From positions 301,741 to 365,740 of the IMG/VR virus record IMGVR_UViG_3300017565_000001: a DNA stretch of 64,000 bases. One strand, written 5' to 3'. Of this stretch, positions 7,722-17,160 are shown piece after piece. Under the pieces are notes generated by a model. That model searched no databases. It was not told where the DNA came from and saw only the letters and a program-made list of their open reading frames with translations. The stretch's first letter is position 1; each line of letters begins with the position of its first letter. This DNA is from a virus (taxonomy: Duplodnaviria; Heunggongvirae; Uroviricota; Caudoviricetes). The translations under genes were made by a program, and so were the position numbers.

Positions 7722-10538
7722 ATGTACGTGGACGCAATCCATTCGCGTGATTCCGACGAGATTCATATTGTTGAACGTAATAAAAATGGCGAGCGAGTAT
7801 ACAAAACTTTGCCCGCCAATTACGTTTTCTACTATCCTGATTCTCGCGGGAAATACAAGAGTATCTTTGGTGATGCTCTATCAAAATATTCAACTGTAAA
7901 CGGTAAAGCTTTCAATCGAGAAAAGATGCTCGTGGGAAGCAAAAAGAAACTGTTTGAAAGTGATATCAATCCAGTGTTCAGGTGTTTGGAAGAAAACTAC
8001 CTGCACGCTGACACCCCAGTTTTGAACCTGGGTTTCTTCGATATTGAGGTCGCATTTGACCTTAAACGTGGCTTTGCCCCAACTGAAGATCCATTCAACC
8101 AGGTTACGGCTATCTCAGTCCATATCAGCAATTTGAACAAGCTAGTGACGTTGGTATTACCACCGCCCACTATGTCACTTGATGAAGCTGAACGAATCGC
8201 CAACAAGTTTCAGGACACTATCGTGTTTGATGACGAAGCTGATATGCTTCGTGCATTCCTGGATTTGATTGACGACGTGGATGTTCTGAGTGGTTGGAAC
8301 TCAACGGGCTTCGATATTCCCTATATGGTGAATCGTATTATCCGTGTGTTGGGTAAGGACGAAGCACGACGTTTCTGCTTGTGGGGCCAAATGCCCAAGA
8401 AGCGGGAATACATTAAGTTCAAGAAAAAGAACTTCACTTATGATCTGGTTGGTCGTGTTCACCTGGATTATTTGGAACTGTATCAAAAGCACAACCCGCA
8501 ACAGCTTCACAGCTATCGACTGGACTTTGTGGGTGAAATCGAAGTTGGCGAAAACAAGACACCGTATGAAGGTACGCTGGATGATTTGTACAAGAAGGAC
8601 TTTGAAAAGTTCATCGAATACAACCGTCAAGATACCATGCTGCTGGTGAAGATCGACGCGAAGAAACGCTTCATCGAACTTGCTAACCAGATTGCGCACA
8701 CCAACACGGTGCTTCTTAAGACCACCATGGGATCGGTTGCACTTATTGAGCAAGCTATCACGAATGAAGCACATGAGCGTGGCATGATCATTCCTGACCG
8801 CAAGCCACGTCCCGGTACATATGGTTCAGATGACGATGAAGAAGCATTCGACGATGATGACGATGATGATGACTCTCCTAAGGGTAAGTTGACTGCTGTC
8901 GGCGCATACGTGGCTGATCCTAAGACTGGCATTCAGGATGAGATTGGTTGCTGCGACATTAACTCCCTGTACCCGTCCACTCTTCGCGCCCTCAATATGA
9001 GCCCCGAAACGTTGGTTGGGCATATTCGCCCCATTGCAACGGATGCTATGTTGGATAATCGCTTGCGATCAATGGCCAGCAATCTGATCTGGGAAGGTGT
9101 GTTCTGTACTCTGGAGTTTGACAGCATCAGAGACCGTACTATGGACGCCATCGAGATCGACTTTGAAGATGGTACCAGCACTAAGATGCGGGCTGAAGAA
9201 CTGAACAACTACATCTTCCACGAAGGTCGTCCTCTGTCGATCAGTGCAAACGGTACTTTGTTCCGTACTGATATCGAGGGTGTGATTCCTGGTCTTCTGG
9301 CAAAGTGGTATAGCCAACGAAAGACTATGCAGAAAAAGGAGAAGGAATTCTCCAAGTTGCTCAAGGAAGAGAAGGCTAAAGATAACCCAGATGCTGCACT
9401 GATTGCTGAATATTCATATCAGGAAACTTTCTGGAATCAACGTCAACAAGCTCGTAAGATTTTGTTGAACTCGCTATACGGCGCTTTGTTGAACGAAAGC
9501 ATGAAGTTTTATGACAAGCGTATTGGTCAATCGGTTACTTTGACCGGTCGTTCAATTGCTCGTCACATGAATAGCAAGATCAACGAGATTATCACCGGCG
9601 CTTATGATTATAAGGGTGACGCGATTATCTATGCTGATACTGACTCGTCATATTTCAGCGCAAAGGCAGTTTGGCAGAATCGTCCAGAATACAAGGACTT
9701 TGAATTCACTCGTGACAATATTATCGCTCTTTACGATGGTATTGGTGACGAAGTGAACGAAAGTTTCCCTGAATTCATGCATCGTTCATTCAACACTGGT
9801 CTGGAACGCGGGGCCATTATTGCTGCTGGTCGTGAACTGGTTGCTAGTAAGGGTCTGTTCATTAAGAAAAAGAAGTACGCGGTACTCATGTACGACAAGG
9901 AAGGTTTCCGGTACGATACTGACGGTAAGCCTGGCAAGTTGAAGGTCATGGGCCTGGACCTGAAGCGCAGCGATACGCCTCAATTCATGCAAGACTTCCT
10001 GGAAGAAGTCCTGATGTCAACGCTGACTGGCAAGACTCAGGATGACATCTTTGAACGTATTCGTGGATTCCGTCGTGATTTCCGTGAACGTCCAGGTTGG
10101 GAAAAGGGTACTCCCAAGAAAGTAAACGGCTTGACCGATTACATGGACAGGGAAAACGCTGCTGGTAGTTTGGGTAAGAACATTTTCACCAGCGCAAACG
10201 TGGGAACGAAGAGCAAGGTGAATATGCCAGGTCACGTTCGTGCTGCTATGAACTGGATGAAGCTGCGTAAGATGCATGGCGACAATTTCAGTATGAGCAT
10301 TACTGACGGTCAAAAGGTTATCGTATGCAAGCTGAAGCCTAATCCAATGAAGATGGATTCGGTTGCTTATCCGATCGACGAACCACACTTGCCGCAATGG
10401 TTCAAAGAATTGCCGTTTGATCATTCGTTGATGGAAGAAACGATTATCGACTTCAAACTGTCCAACCTGTTGGGCGTTCTGAAGTGGGATTTGAGCAAAA
10501 CCAACGACGACATCGAAAACGAACTGTTTAGCTGGTAA
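7722..10538 (+). CDS. Family B DNA polymerase (gp43-like)
   Basis: Exo motifs FDIE, GWNSTGFD, YNRQD; pol motifs DINSLYPS, KILLNSLYG, YADTDS, KKKY. Confidence 0.97.
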   Translation: MYVDAIHSRDSDEIHIVERNKNGERVYKTLPANYVFYYPDSRGKYKSIFGDALSKYSTVNGKAFNREKMLVGSKKKLFESDINPVFRCLEENYLHADTPVLNLGFFDIEVAFDLKRGFAPTEDPFNQVTAISVHISNLNKLVTLVLPPPTMSLDEAERIANKFQDTIVFDDEADMLRAFLDLIDDVDVLSGWNSTGFDIPYMVNRIIRVLGKDEARRFCLWGQMPKKREYIKFKKKNFTYDLVGRVHLDYLELYQKHNPQQLHSYRLDFVGEIEVGENKTPYEGTLDDLYKKDFEKFIEYNRQDTMLLVKIDAKKRFIELANQIAHTNTVLLKTTMGSVALIEQAITNEAHERGMIIPDRKPRPGTYGSDDDEEAFDDDDDDDDSPKGKLTAVGAYVADPKTGIQDEIGCCDINSLYPSTLRALNMSPETLVGHIRPIATDAMLDNRLRSMASNLIWEGVFCTLEFDSIRDRTMDAIEIDFEDGTSTKMRAEELNNYIFHEGRPLSISANGTLFRTDIEGVIPGLLAKWYSQRKTMQKKEKEFSKLLKEEKAKDNPDAALIAEYSYQETFWNQRQQARKILLNSLYGALLNESMKFYDKRIGQSVTLTGRSIARHMNSKINEIITGAYDYKGDAIIYADTDSSYFSAKAVWQNRPEYKDFEFTRDNIIALYDGIGDEVNESFPEFMHRSFNTGLERGAIIAAGRELVASKGLFIKKKKYAVLMYDKEGFRYDTDGKPGKLKVMGLDLKRSDTPQFMQDFLEEVLMSTLTGKTQDDIFERIRGFRRDFRERPGWEKGTPKKVNGLTDYMDRENAAGSLGKNIFTSANVGTKSKVNMPGHVRAAMNWMKLRKMHGDNFSMSITDGQKVIVCKLKPNPMKMDSVAYPIDEPHLPQWFKELPFDHSLMEETIIDFKLSNLLGVLKWDLSKTNDDIENELFSW

Positions 10539-10542
10539 TTTG

Positions 10543-10578
10543 AAGGTGGTGCGGAAAATAATTTGCGCACCACCTTTT
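10543..10578 (+). terminator. Intrinsic terminator overlapping the next promoter
   Basis: AAGGTGGTGCG...CGCACCACCTT-TT; promoter TTGCGC-17-TACAAT at 10563-10591. Confidence 0.65.
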
Positions 10579-10642
10579 ACTCACATACAATAGAATCAAT
10601 AAACAAAAGCCCACTGGGCACATAACAACAAGAAGAGAAAAT

Positions 10643-11380
10643 ATGCGCGAAATTCTAACCGACGTCGTTAAGAAGATTGGTGGTCTGGGCTTTGTGGATA
10701 CCGTGAAGGTTACCGGTACCGCCGACGAAACTAAGATCGAAGCCATCGACAATGACAAGACCGTCATTATCAAGGCTAAGTTGAATGCCCCTCAAGCCGA
10801 CCTTATTGGTGACTTTGGTATCAGCTCCCTGCCCCTGCTGAGCGGCCTGCTGAACTTCACCAGCTACAAGACTGATGACGCCACGTTCAACGTGAAGCGT
10901 CGTGACATGAACGGTAAAACTGTTCCTGAAGAATTCGAATTCCGTGATGCCGCTGGCCTGGGTTCCAACTTCCGTCTGATGAGCGCCAACCTGGTGTCAG
11001 AACAACCCATCGTTGCTGACATCAAGTGGGACGTTTCGTTTGTTCCCACCAAGAGCAAGATCCAGGAATTCTCCTCGCTGGCCGGTCTGTACAGCCAGTT
11101 CGACCAGTTCTTCTCTGTTAAGACCAAGGACGGCAACCTGGTTGTCGCTATTGGTGAAGAAGCTGCTGCTACTCACCGTGCTTCCATGGTTTTGGTTGAG
11201 GGCGTGGCCGGTGAATTGAAGGGCGAACTGCTGTGGCCCATCTCGCAATTCCTGAGCATTGTGAAGCTGGCTGATGGTAACGACTACACGGTCGGTATCA
11301 CCAGCAAAGGCGCTCTGCAAGTCGAAGTCACGACTGAGCACGCCAATTACAAATTCATTATGCCTGCACGTCGTCGTTAA
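10643..11380 (+). CDS. Sliding clamp (gp45-like)
   Basis: 245 aa, directly after polymerase, beta-rich two-domain pattern, C-terminal YKFIMPA. Confidence 0.7.
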   Translation: MREILTDVVKKIGGLGFVDTVKVTGTADETKIEAIDNDKTVIIKAKLNAPQADLIGDFGISSLPLLSGLLNFTSYKTDDATFNVKRRDMNGKTVPEEFEFRDAAGLGSNFRLMSANLVSEQPIVADIKWDVSFVPTKSKIQEFSSLAGLYSQFDQFFSVKTKDGNLVVAIGEEAAATHRASMVLVEGVAGELKGELLWPISQFLSIVKLADGNDYTVGITSKGALQVEVTTEHANYKFIMPARRR

Positions 11381-11398
11381 TCTTTGATTGACTGACTG

Positions 11399-11421
11399 GA
11401 TGGCTCCCTAGTGGAGCCATC
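11399..11421 (+). terminator. Stem-loop
   Basis: GATGGCTCC-CTAGT-GGAGCCATC followed by ATTCAT. Confidence 0.55.
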
Positions 11422-11438
11422 ATTCATAGGAAATTCAT

Positions 11439-11768
11439 ATGCACGATTTCAATGAATTGTTCAAAGAACAATTGGCAAACGAATTACCGTACACAAAAGG
11501 TATGGTCAATTCAACCCTGCACTTGATGGCACATACCATGACGCCCAGGGAAATCATGGCCAAGAGCAAAGAGCTTAAGGCCAAAATTGGCAAGAAGCGA
11601 GTCATGTATTACCTGGTTGGTCGCAACGCTGATAGTTCACCTAAGACCGCACGGATTCTGAAAGTATGGGAAGATGACTTTGAGCAGTTGCAAAAAGAAC
11701 TGGCAGAGTATAACTTTGTAGGCTACGAGGGCAAGTTGCCAAAGTTCGCACACAAAGACTTGAAATGA
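11439..11768 (+). CDS. Hypothetical protein
   Basis: AGGA SD, operonic ORF. Confidence 0.7.
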   Translation: MHDFNELFKEQLANELPYTKGMVNSTLHLMAHTMTPREIMAKSKELKAKIGKKRVMYYLVGRNADSSPKTARILKVWEDDFEQLQKELAEYNFVGYEGKLPKFAHKDLK

Positions 11769-12067
11769 ATCTTATCACCATCCAGGGTATTGGTACCATT
11801 CGAATGGTATCAATGAAAACGCTCAGAGAAGCAAAGCCATTGCACGAAACTGACCGCTATCAGTATGTGATGACAAAGCGGCGTTTGCGGCCGTCATTTG
11901 AATACGGTGTGCCGATCAAAAACTTTCATGATCTTGATCGGTTGAAACATATCGGTGGGCGGCATGTCACGCTTCAAGCGCAAAACGCAGAGAATCAAGG
12001 AACCTATGTCTTTGTGCTGTTCGAGGACCCAGAGACTGCTCTAGCATTTCAATTGGCAATCGGATGA
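11765..12067 (+). CDS. Hypothetical protein (FxxxExAxxFxL family)
   Basis: C-terminal FEDPETALAFQL; ATGA overlap. Confidence 0.7.
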   Translation: MNLITIQGIGTIRMVSMKTLREAKPLHETDRYQYVMTKRRLRPSFEYGVPIKNFHDLDRLKHIGGRHVTLQAQNAENQGTYVFVLFEDPETALAFQLAIG

Positions 12068-12384
12068 AGTACGACTCCTGCGTATACCTGGATGGTGTTG
12101 GTACCATTTTGACTCCGTTGTTCCCCAGATGGGGCGTCAATGCTGAGTGGTGTAAGAGTGCCGGTATTCAATATGTCGCTACTCACTTGTTCTCAGTATA
12201 TGATGAACTGGCAAAATACAAAGTTTTCACCTTGTCCAAATATGTACCAAACAAATATACTGAACAAGCTATCTGTCAAGTTTATATGACAGATTTCAGC
12301 CACGATAGCGCGTGGCTGCTGGGCTTTGAGACCGACGAAGAATCAATTATTTTCCACCTAACAAAAAATGAATTTTCTAGTTGA
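12064..12384 (+). CDS. Hypothetical protein (FxxxExAxxFxL family)
   Basis: C-terminal FETDEESIIFHL; ATGA overlap. Confidence 0.65.
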   Translation: MKYDSCVYLDGVGTILTPLFPRWGVNAEWCKSAGIQYVATHLFSVYDELAKYKVFTLSKYVPNKYTEQAICQVYMTDFSHDSAWLLGFETDEESIIFHLTKNEFSS

Positions 12385-12934
12385 CCCCACGGTAGTAACC
12401 AAATTTGATCGAACGGATGAAGAGCTGGAACTCTATTGGCTTTTCTGTCAAGTAGTGGCTGGTAAGACAGCCAGGGTTCAAGCCAAAGCACTCGCTGCCT
12501 TCTTTGCCCTAGAAAGCACTGGAGGCCCCTTTGACCGCATCCGCGCAATGATTCAGAGTGGAACACTCACCGACAACCTCAAGACGGCCAGGCTTGGCCA
12601 ATACAAGCGGTTGACAGAAGGATTCACTCAGAGTGTTGCCTTGAACTTGCGTACGGCGACCGTAGATGATCTGAAAGCGATCAAGGGCGTGGGCGATAAA
12701 ACCGCTCGATACTTCATCCTGCATACTAGGCCAGATCAACAATTGGCTGTATTGGATCGCCACGTGCTTCGCTATCTGGGGACCTTGGGCTATACCGTTC
12801 CTGAGGGTTCTGCCAATCCCAAACAATATTTGGTTCTTGAACAAGTCTTCCTGGAAGAAGCCAAGAAAGCAAACATGACCCCAGCTGACTTTGACCTGAT
12901 GTTGTGGAACAAATTCAGTAAGGTCACCAAATGA
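12368..12934 (+). CDS. HhH-GPD DNA glycosylase (8-oxoG glycosylase-like)
   Basis: HhH LKAIKGVGDKTARYF followed by AVLDRHVLRYL and C-terminal DLMLW. Confidence 0.75.
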   Translation: MNFLVDPTVVTKFDRTDEELELYWLFCQVVAGKTARVQAKALAAFFALESTGGPFDRIRAMIQSGTLTDNLKTARLGQYKRLTEGFTQSVALNLRTATVDDLKAIKGVGDKTARYFILHTRPDQQLAVLDRHVLRYLGTLGYTVPEGSANPKQYLVLEQVFLEEAKKANMTPADFDLMLWNKFSKVTK

Positions 12935-12979
12935 TTCTACCCTATACTCAATCACGAGTGTAGTTAGTAAGGCGCCATA

Positions 12980-13399
12980 ATGCATTACAACATGTCAAAA
13001 GCTGGTCGATTCACAATATCGATCAACAGCGTATTCGCCAGACTGCATCATACCGAAGACATCGATGAGTTGATTGATTATGGCGTGTGTTCGGTCGGTT
13101 CATTGAATTGGCTACCTGATCCAACTGGACAACCGCATACGGTTGATGTAGTAATTGACGACGACGAAGACGGGTTGATTGGTGATTATTTGGCATTGAT
13201 AGTTCAAGATCAATCCTCTCTTGAAGTAATGGTTTACATGACTGATAGTGATGATGAAGTCAAGGCCAATTATCGGTTGGAATCCCCGTTAATCACTAAG
13301 TTGACTACTTCTCCCAGAACCAGGTTTACTGAGGAATACGAGAAGGATTGTCGGTTCACTCTGACTCTTAACTATTCGTTCGCTAAAAAGACGAATTGA
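12980..13399 (+). CDS. Hypothetical protein, possible degenerate tail-tube (gp19) paralogue
   Basis: Pattern RFTISI...TVDVVIDDD..G...YRL...FTLTLNY resembles myovirus tail tube. Confidence 0.45.
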   Translation: MHYNMSKAGRFTISINSVFARLHHTEDIDELIDYGVCSVGSLNWLPDPTGQPHTVDVVIDDDEDGLIGDYLALIVQDQSSLEVMVYMTDSDDEVKANYRLESPLITKLTTSPRTRFTEEYEKDCRFTLTLNYSFAKKTN

Positions 13400-13401
13400 T
13401 A

Positions 13402-13430
13402 TTGCCAAGTATACCAAACAGCCGTATAAT
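13402..13430 (+). promoter_or_regulatory. sigma70-like promoter
   Basis: TTGCCA-17nt-TATAAT. Confidence 0.75.
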
Positions 13431-13466
13431 GTGGCATTGACAAACTCCAATAACAAGAAGAATAAT

Positions 13467-13862
13467 ATGGAAAAACGCTCCAAGATTTTTGTCACCTTCC
13501 AACGTGAAGGCATTCACAAGTATCCAGCAGCACTGACCGACCCCAATTTGGCTACTGGTGGTCCTGATGACGTGAGTTTCCTGGGTTATCCACATCGCCA
13601 CATGTTTCATTTCCGGGTCACCATTGACGTATTCCATGATGACCGTGATATTGAATTCATTCAGTTCAAGCGTTGGCTGGAAGGCTTGTATGGTTCGAAC
13701 ACTCTGGCTCTGGATTATCGTAGCTGCGAGATGATCGCTGACGATTTGAATGCACAAATCGTGGCCAAGTATCCAGGTCGTAACACCATCATCGAAGTTG
13801 CCGAAGACGGTGAGAACGGCGCAATCGTTGAGTTTTTCAACGTCACCGCGTCGCATGACTGA
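13467..13862 (+). CDS. QueD-like T-fold protein, DpdL-type (7-carboxy-7-deazaguanine decarboxylase candidate)
   Basis: LGYPHRHMF = LxxxHRHxF, plus H in EGIH, DRDIEF, SCE and EDGENG; next to folE/queE. Confidence 0.7.
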   Translation: MEKRSKIFVTFQREGIHKYPAALTDPNLATGGPDDVSFLGYPHRHMFHFRVTIDVFHDDRDIEFIQFKRWLEGLYGSNTLALDYRSCEMIADDLNAQIVAKYPGRNTIIEVAEDGENGAIVEFFNVTASHD

Positions 13863-14103
13863 ATGGTTTAAGCGCCTGTTTGATGCTCGACGGCTGCGCG
13901 AAATTGAAATGAACGCAGCCATAATTCTCATGATCGAAACGGTCATGAAGAATACTCGTCATCGCCATAATGATATCGATATCTCAGAAATCGTTGCCTT
14001 AAACGAACGCATGATTGCATTGCGATTTAGGAATATTGACTTGACGGAACGATTGAGTCTTAGGGCACAATCCGTTTTGGTCCAGAAGAAATTAGAAAAA
14101 TGA
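13855..14103 (+). CDS. Hypothetical protein
   Basis: Start re-assigned to ATG 13855, coupled to upstream stop. Confidence 0.55.
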   Translation: MTEWFKRLFDARRLREIEMNAAIILMIETVMKNTRHRHNDIDISEIVALNERMIALRFRNIDLTERLSLRAQSVLVQKKLEK

Positions 14104-14522
14104 CAATCAAAACAGTAACGGTTGATCTGGAAACAGATATTGTCTCGGATCCAGAGTTTGTTGCATTGATGGCTGATGACATCTTTTGTGCTGAACTATG
14201 GACTGCGTTTGCTAATCAGGATTGGCAAAAGGTTAGATTCCCTGGCTTTACTGATGCTGAAGTAATCGCATACCGACTGGCCAATGAATCAAAATCTGAT
14301 TGGTATAACTGGGATGTTTGGGGAGCTTCATTTCGTGGTATGGGTGGCGTTATTGCGGGCATTCGCAATGACTGTCATAATATGAATGAAGATTATATTA
14401 ATTGGTATTGTTCCAATCATTCGATTGATGCCAATTATGGTGATATTTCGGAGCGAGTGCTAACCAATCTAGCCAGACTTGGTTGGGAACCGTACTACCC
14501 AGAAACACAGGAAAAGAAATGA
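14100..14522 (+). CDS. Hypothetical protein
   Basis: Operonic ORF; SFRGMGGVIAGIR...YINWYCS motif. Confidence 0.65.
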   Translation: MTIKTVTVDLETDIVSDPEFVALMADDIFCAELWTAFANQDWQKVRFPGFTDAEVIAYRLANESKSDWYNWDVWGASFRGMGGVIAGIRNDCHNMNEDYINWYCSNHSIDANYGDISERVLTNLARLGWEPYYPETQEKK

Positions 14523-15619
14523 AGAATACAATTTTTATCGTGGACCTTGAAAGTGTCCCGACTCGTTATACTTGCCAATGGCAGGAAGGCCTCCCAGCGG
14601 CACTAGGAAAATACATTGCTGACAACGGTCTCAATTACGACGTCATCAATATCTCGGGCGAAGAAACGGAACAAATCACCACACCTGGTGCCTTTCTGAA
14701 CTTTGCTGGTACAAATGCCTATAAGGCCCAACAAGCAATCGCCATCAGCCAAATGGTTGCTGATGGCCGTGTGCGGGATGGTGATCGTTTTCTGTTCACC
14801 GATGCATGGAATCCAGTCATCATTCAAGTCAAGTACATGATGGAGCTCCTGGGTATTAATGCCAAGCTGCATGGTATCTGGCATGCTGGTTCGTATGATC
14901 CTCAGGATTTCTTGGGGCGTTTGGTCAAGGACAAGCGTTGGAGCTTGAACACCGAACGAGCAATTTTCCATGCACTTGACAAGAACATTTTCGCAACTGA
15001 ATTTCACAAGAAGTTGTTTGTGAATAATGTTCTGTTGTCAACTGAACTGTATGGTGGTGATATCGATGCTGATATTGAATCCAAGATCTATATTTCCGGT
15101 CAACCACACGAAAGTATGGTTGAAGAACTGTCCAAGTTCAGGGGTCGCAAAAAGCGCGATCTGATCCTGTTTCCACACCGCATCGCTCCAGAGAAGCAAC
15201 CAGAAATATTCAAGGATTTGCAAGCCAGTTTGCCTGAATATCAATTCATCATGTGTCAGGAACAGCAACTGACTAAAGATCAGTATCACGAAATGATGGC
15301 TGAGGCCAAAATCGTGTTCAGCGCCAACTTACAAGAAACCCTTGGCATCTCTGCAATGGAAGCCTTTGTGGTTGACACCATCGCGCTTGTTCCTGATCGG
15401 CTTTCGTACGTGGAAATGTATGATGAAACATTTAAGTATGCGTCTGAATGGACGATTGACTGGGATGCATACGTCAAGCACAAGAATCAATTGATTCAAT
15501 CAATCAAAGAGCTGATGAATTTCTTTGATGCCTATCATGTTGACATTGAAACTCAACGTGAACGCCTGCTTGCCGATTACATGAATGCTGATGCCATGTA
15601 TCGAGAATTGACTCAATAA
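14519..15619 (+). CDS. GT-B fold glycosyltransferase
   Basis: FPHRIAPEKQP and SANLQETLGISAMEA (ExxGxxxxEA) donor-binding motif; WHAGSYDP. Confidence 0.8.
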   Translation: MKNTIFIVDLESVPTRYTCQWQEGLPAALGKYIADNGLNYDVINISGEETEQITTPGAFLNFAGTNAYKAQQAIAISQMVADGRVRDGDRFLFTDAWNPVIIQVKYMMELLGINAKLHGIWHAGSYDPQDFLGRLVKDKRWSLNTERAIFHALDKNIFATEFHKKLFVNNVLLSTELYGGDIDADIESKIYISGQPHESMVEELSKFRGRKKRDLILFPHRIAPEKQPEIFKDLQASLPEYQFIMCQEQQLTKDQYHEMMAEAKIVFSANLQETLGISAMEAFVVDTIALVPDRLSYVEMYDETFKYASEWTIDWDAYVKHKNQLIQSIKELMNFFDAYHVDIETQRERLLADYMNADAMYRELTQ

Positions 15620-15634
15620 CTGGCAAAAAGAATA

Positions 15635-15671
15635 TTGATAGCTGGTAACTTGCCAGCTAGAATGCTAAATA
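15635..15671 (+). promoter_or_regulatory. Tandem sigma70 promoter and late promoter upstream of folE
   Basis: TTGATA-17nt palindromic spacer-TAGAAT immediately followed by GCTAAATA. Confidence 0.6.
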
Positions 15672-15749
15672 CATGAGGAAGCACTGCCTTCCCATGTCTC
15701 TAGCAAGAGGTTAGAGATAATAACAACAAAGCAATAAGAGGTTGCTCAT

Positions 15750-16433
15750 ATGTCTTTCAATAAAAACAAGGCCGATCCTATTCTGGGTAAGGCTGTTCAT
15801 GAACATCTGGTTTCGCTTGGTCTGGAAACTCCCACCACTGATAAGCTCACGGCTGTCACTGCGAAACAAAAGATTGCCAAAATCGAAAAGCACTTCAAAG
15901 AAATTTTGACCACTCTGGGTCTTGATCTGACTGATGACAGTTTGATCGAAACGCCGACTCGCGTGGCAAAAATGTACGTGAACGAGATCTTCTGGGGTCT
16001 GGATTACGAAGCGTTCCCCAAGTGTACCGCTGTCGAAAACAAGATGCAATACGACGAAATGGTCGTTGAGCGTGACGTTTCTGTTCAATCCAACTGCGAA
16101 CATCACCTGGTGGTGATCGACGGTCTGGCAACTGTGGCATATCTGCCCGGCAAGAAGGTTCTGGGTCTGTCCAAGATCAACCGCGTTGTTGAATACTTTG
16201 CCAAGCGTCCCCAGATTCAAGAGCGTCTGACCAGCCAGATCGCCGCTGCTCTGCAATTCATTCTGGAAACTGAAGATGTTGCCGTTGTGATCAATGCCTC
16301 CCACTACTGCGTGAAGTCGCGCGGTGTTGAAGACACTGGTTCCAGCACCATCACCAGCCACCTGGGTGGTAAGTTCCGCACTGACCCCATGGTCCGTAGC
16401 GAATTCCTGGCGATCGCAAACCATGGTAAGTAA
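15750..16433 (+). CDS. folE: GTP cyclohydrolase I
   Basis: [39 protein letters not shown]. Confidence 0.95.
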   Translation: MSFNKNKADPILGKAVHEHLVSLGLETPTTDKLTAVTAKQKIAKIEKHFKEILTTLGLDLTDDSLIETPTRVAKMYVNEIFWGLDYEAFPKCTAVENKMQYDEMVVERDVSVQSNCEHHLVVIDGLATVAYLPGKKVLGLSKINRVVEYFAKRPQIQERLTSQIAAALQFILETEDVAVVINASHYCVKSRGVEDTGSSTITSHLGGKFRTDPMVRSEFLAIANHGK

Positions 16434-16887
16434 GCGCTTCGTCACCTATGACGATGTGAATACGATGCTGGCCAAAATGTTTCGCGACATGGCCATCGCA
16501 GGTTACAAGCCCGACCTGGTGGTCGGGTTGGTACGTGGTGGTATGGTTCCCGCTATTCACGTCAGTCATTACTTTGATGTTCCCATGATGGCGTTCAAAT
16601 ATAGCCTTCGCGATCATCCAGGCAAGGATGCAGTCGGTAAGTTGACTTCAGAATTGTGGATGGGCCGTAATGTGCTGATCGTTGACGACATCTGTGACGA
16701 AGGCCACACACTGCACGACATCTACACTGAGATCAACATGTTTGATCCCTTGGTGGCAGCATCATGCGTTAAGACGGCTGTTCTCCAACATAATCTGGGT
16801 TCTGGATTATTCACCCCAGATTTCTGTGGCGAAGAGATCAACAAGGTTGAAAAACCCGAGTGGATCGTCTATCCCTGGGAATACTGA
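16423..16887 (+). CDS. Type I phosphoribosyltransferase (xanthine/guanine PRT-like)
   Basis: [24 protein letters not shown] loop, WIVYPWE; overlaps folE stop. Confidence 0.85.
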   Translation: MVSKRFVTYDDVNTMLAKMFRDMAIAGYKPDLVVGLVRGGMVPAIHVSHYFDVPMMAFKYSLRDHPGKDAVGKLTSELWMGRNVLIVDDICDEGHTLHDIYTEINMFDPLVAASCVKTAVLQHNLGSGLFTPDFCGEEINKVEKPEWIVYPWEY

Positions 16888-16893
16888 TCGGGA

Positions 16894-17100
16894 ATGGGGA
16901 AGATCATAAGTCTCCCCACTAAGAAGCATCAGTGGGAAATCAAATTCAAGACGCCAGTTAGACATAAGACTGCTGGCATCCTACCGTTCAAATTGATGCT
17001 GGGCCCCCAGGTCAGTAAAGCCTGGGTGGAAGCCCGAACACTCCAACAAGCACGACACATCGTCAGTCAACACATTCCAGTCAGTGAGTGGGTTGACTGA
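16894..17100 (+). CDS. Hypothetical protein
   Basis: Short operonic ORF. Confidence 0.5.
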   Translation: MGKIISLPTKKHQWEIKFKTPVRHKTAGILPFKLMLGPQVSKAWVEARTLQQARHIVSQHIPVSEWVD

Positions 17101-17160
17101 CGTTTTCTATTTGCGGCATAGTGACAAAGCGTGTCATAATGCCAATCTACTGGAAATATC

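Noticed and set aside
7722-10538. Intein or intron in polymerase or thyA
   Set aside because: ORFs are continuous; inserts are short and lack splicing or homing-endonuclease motifs
15697-15732. preQ1-I riboswitch upstream of folE (short stem plus A-rich tail)
   Set aside because: Loop AGCAAGAGGTT lacks the conserved U-start and C ligand-pairing pattern; kept only as an unknown structured leader
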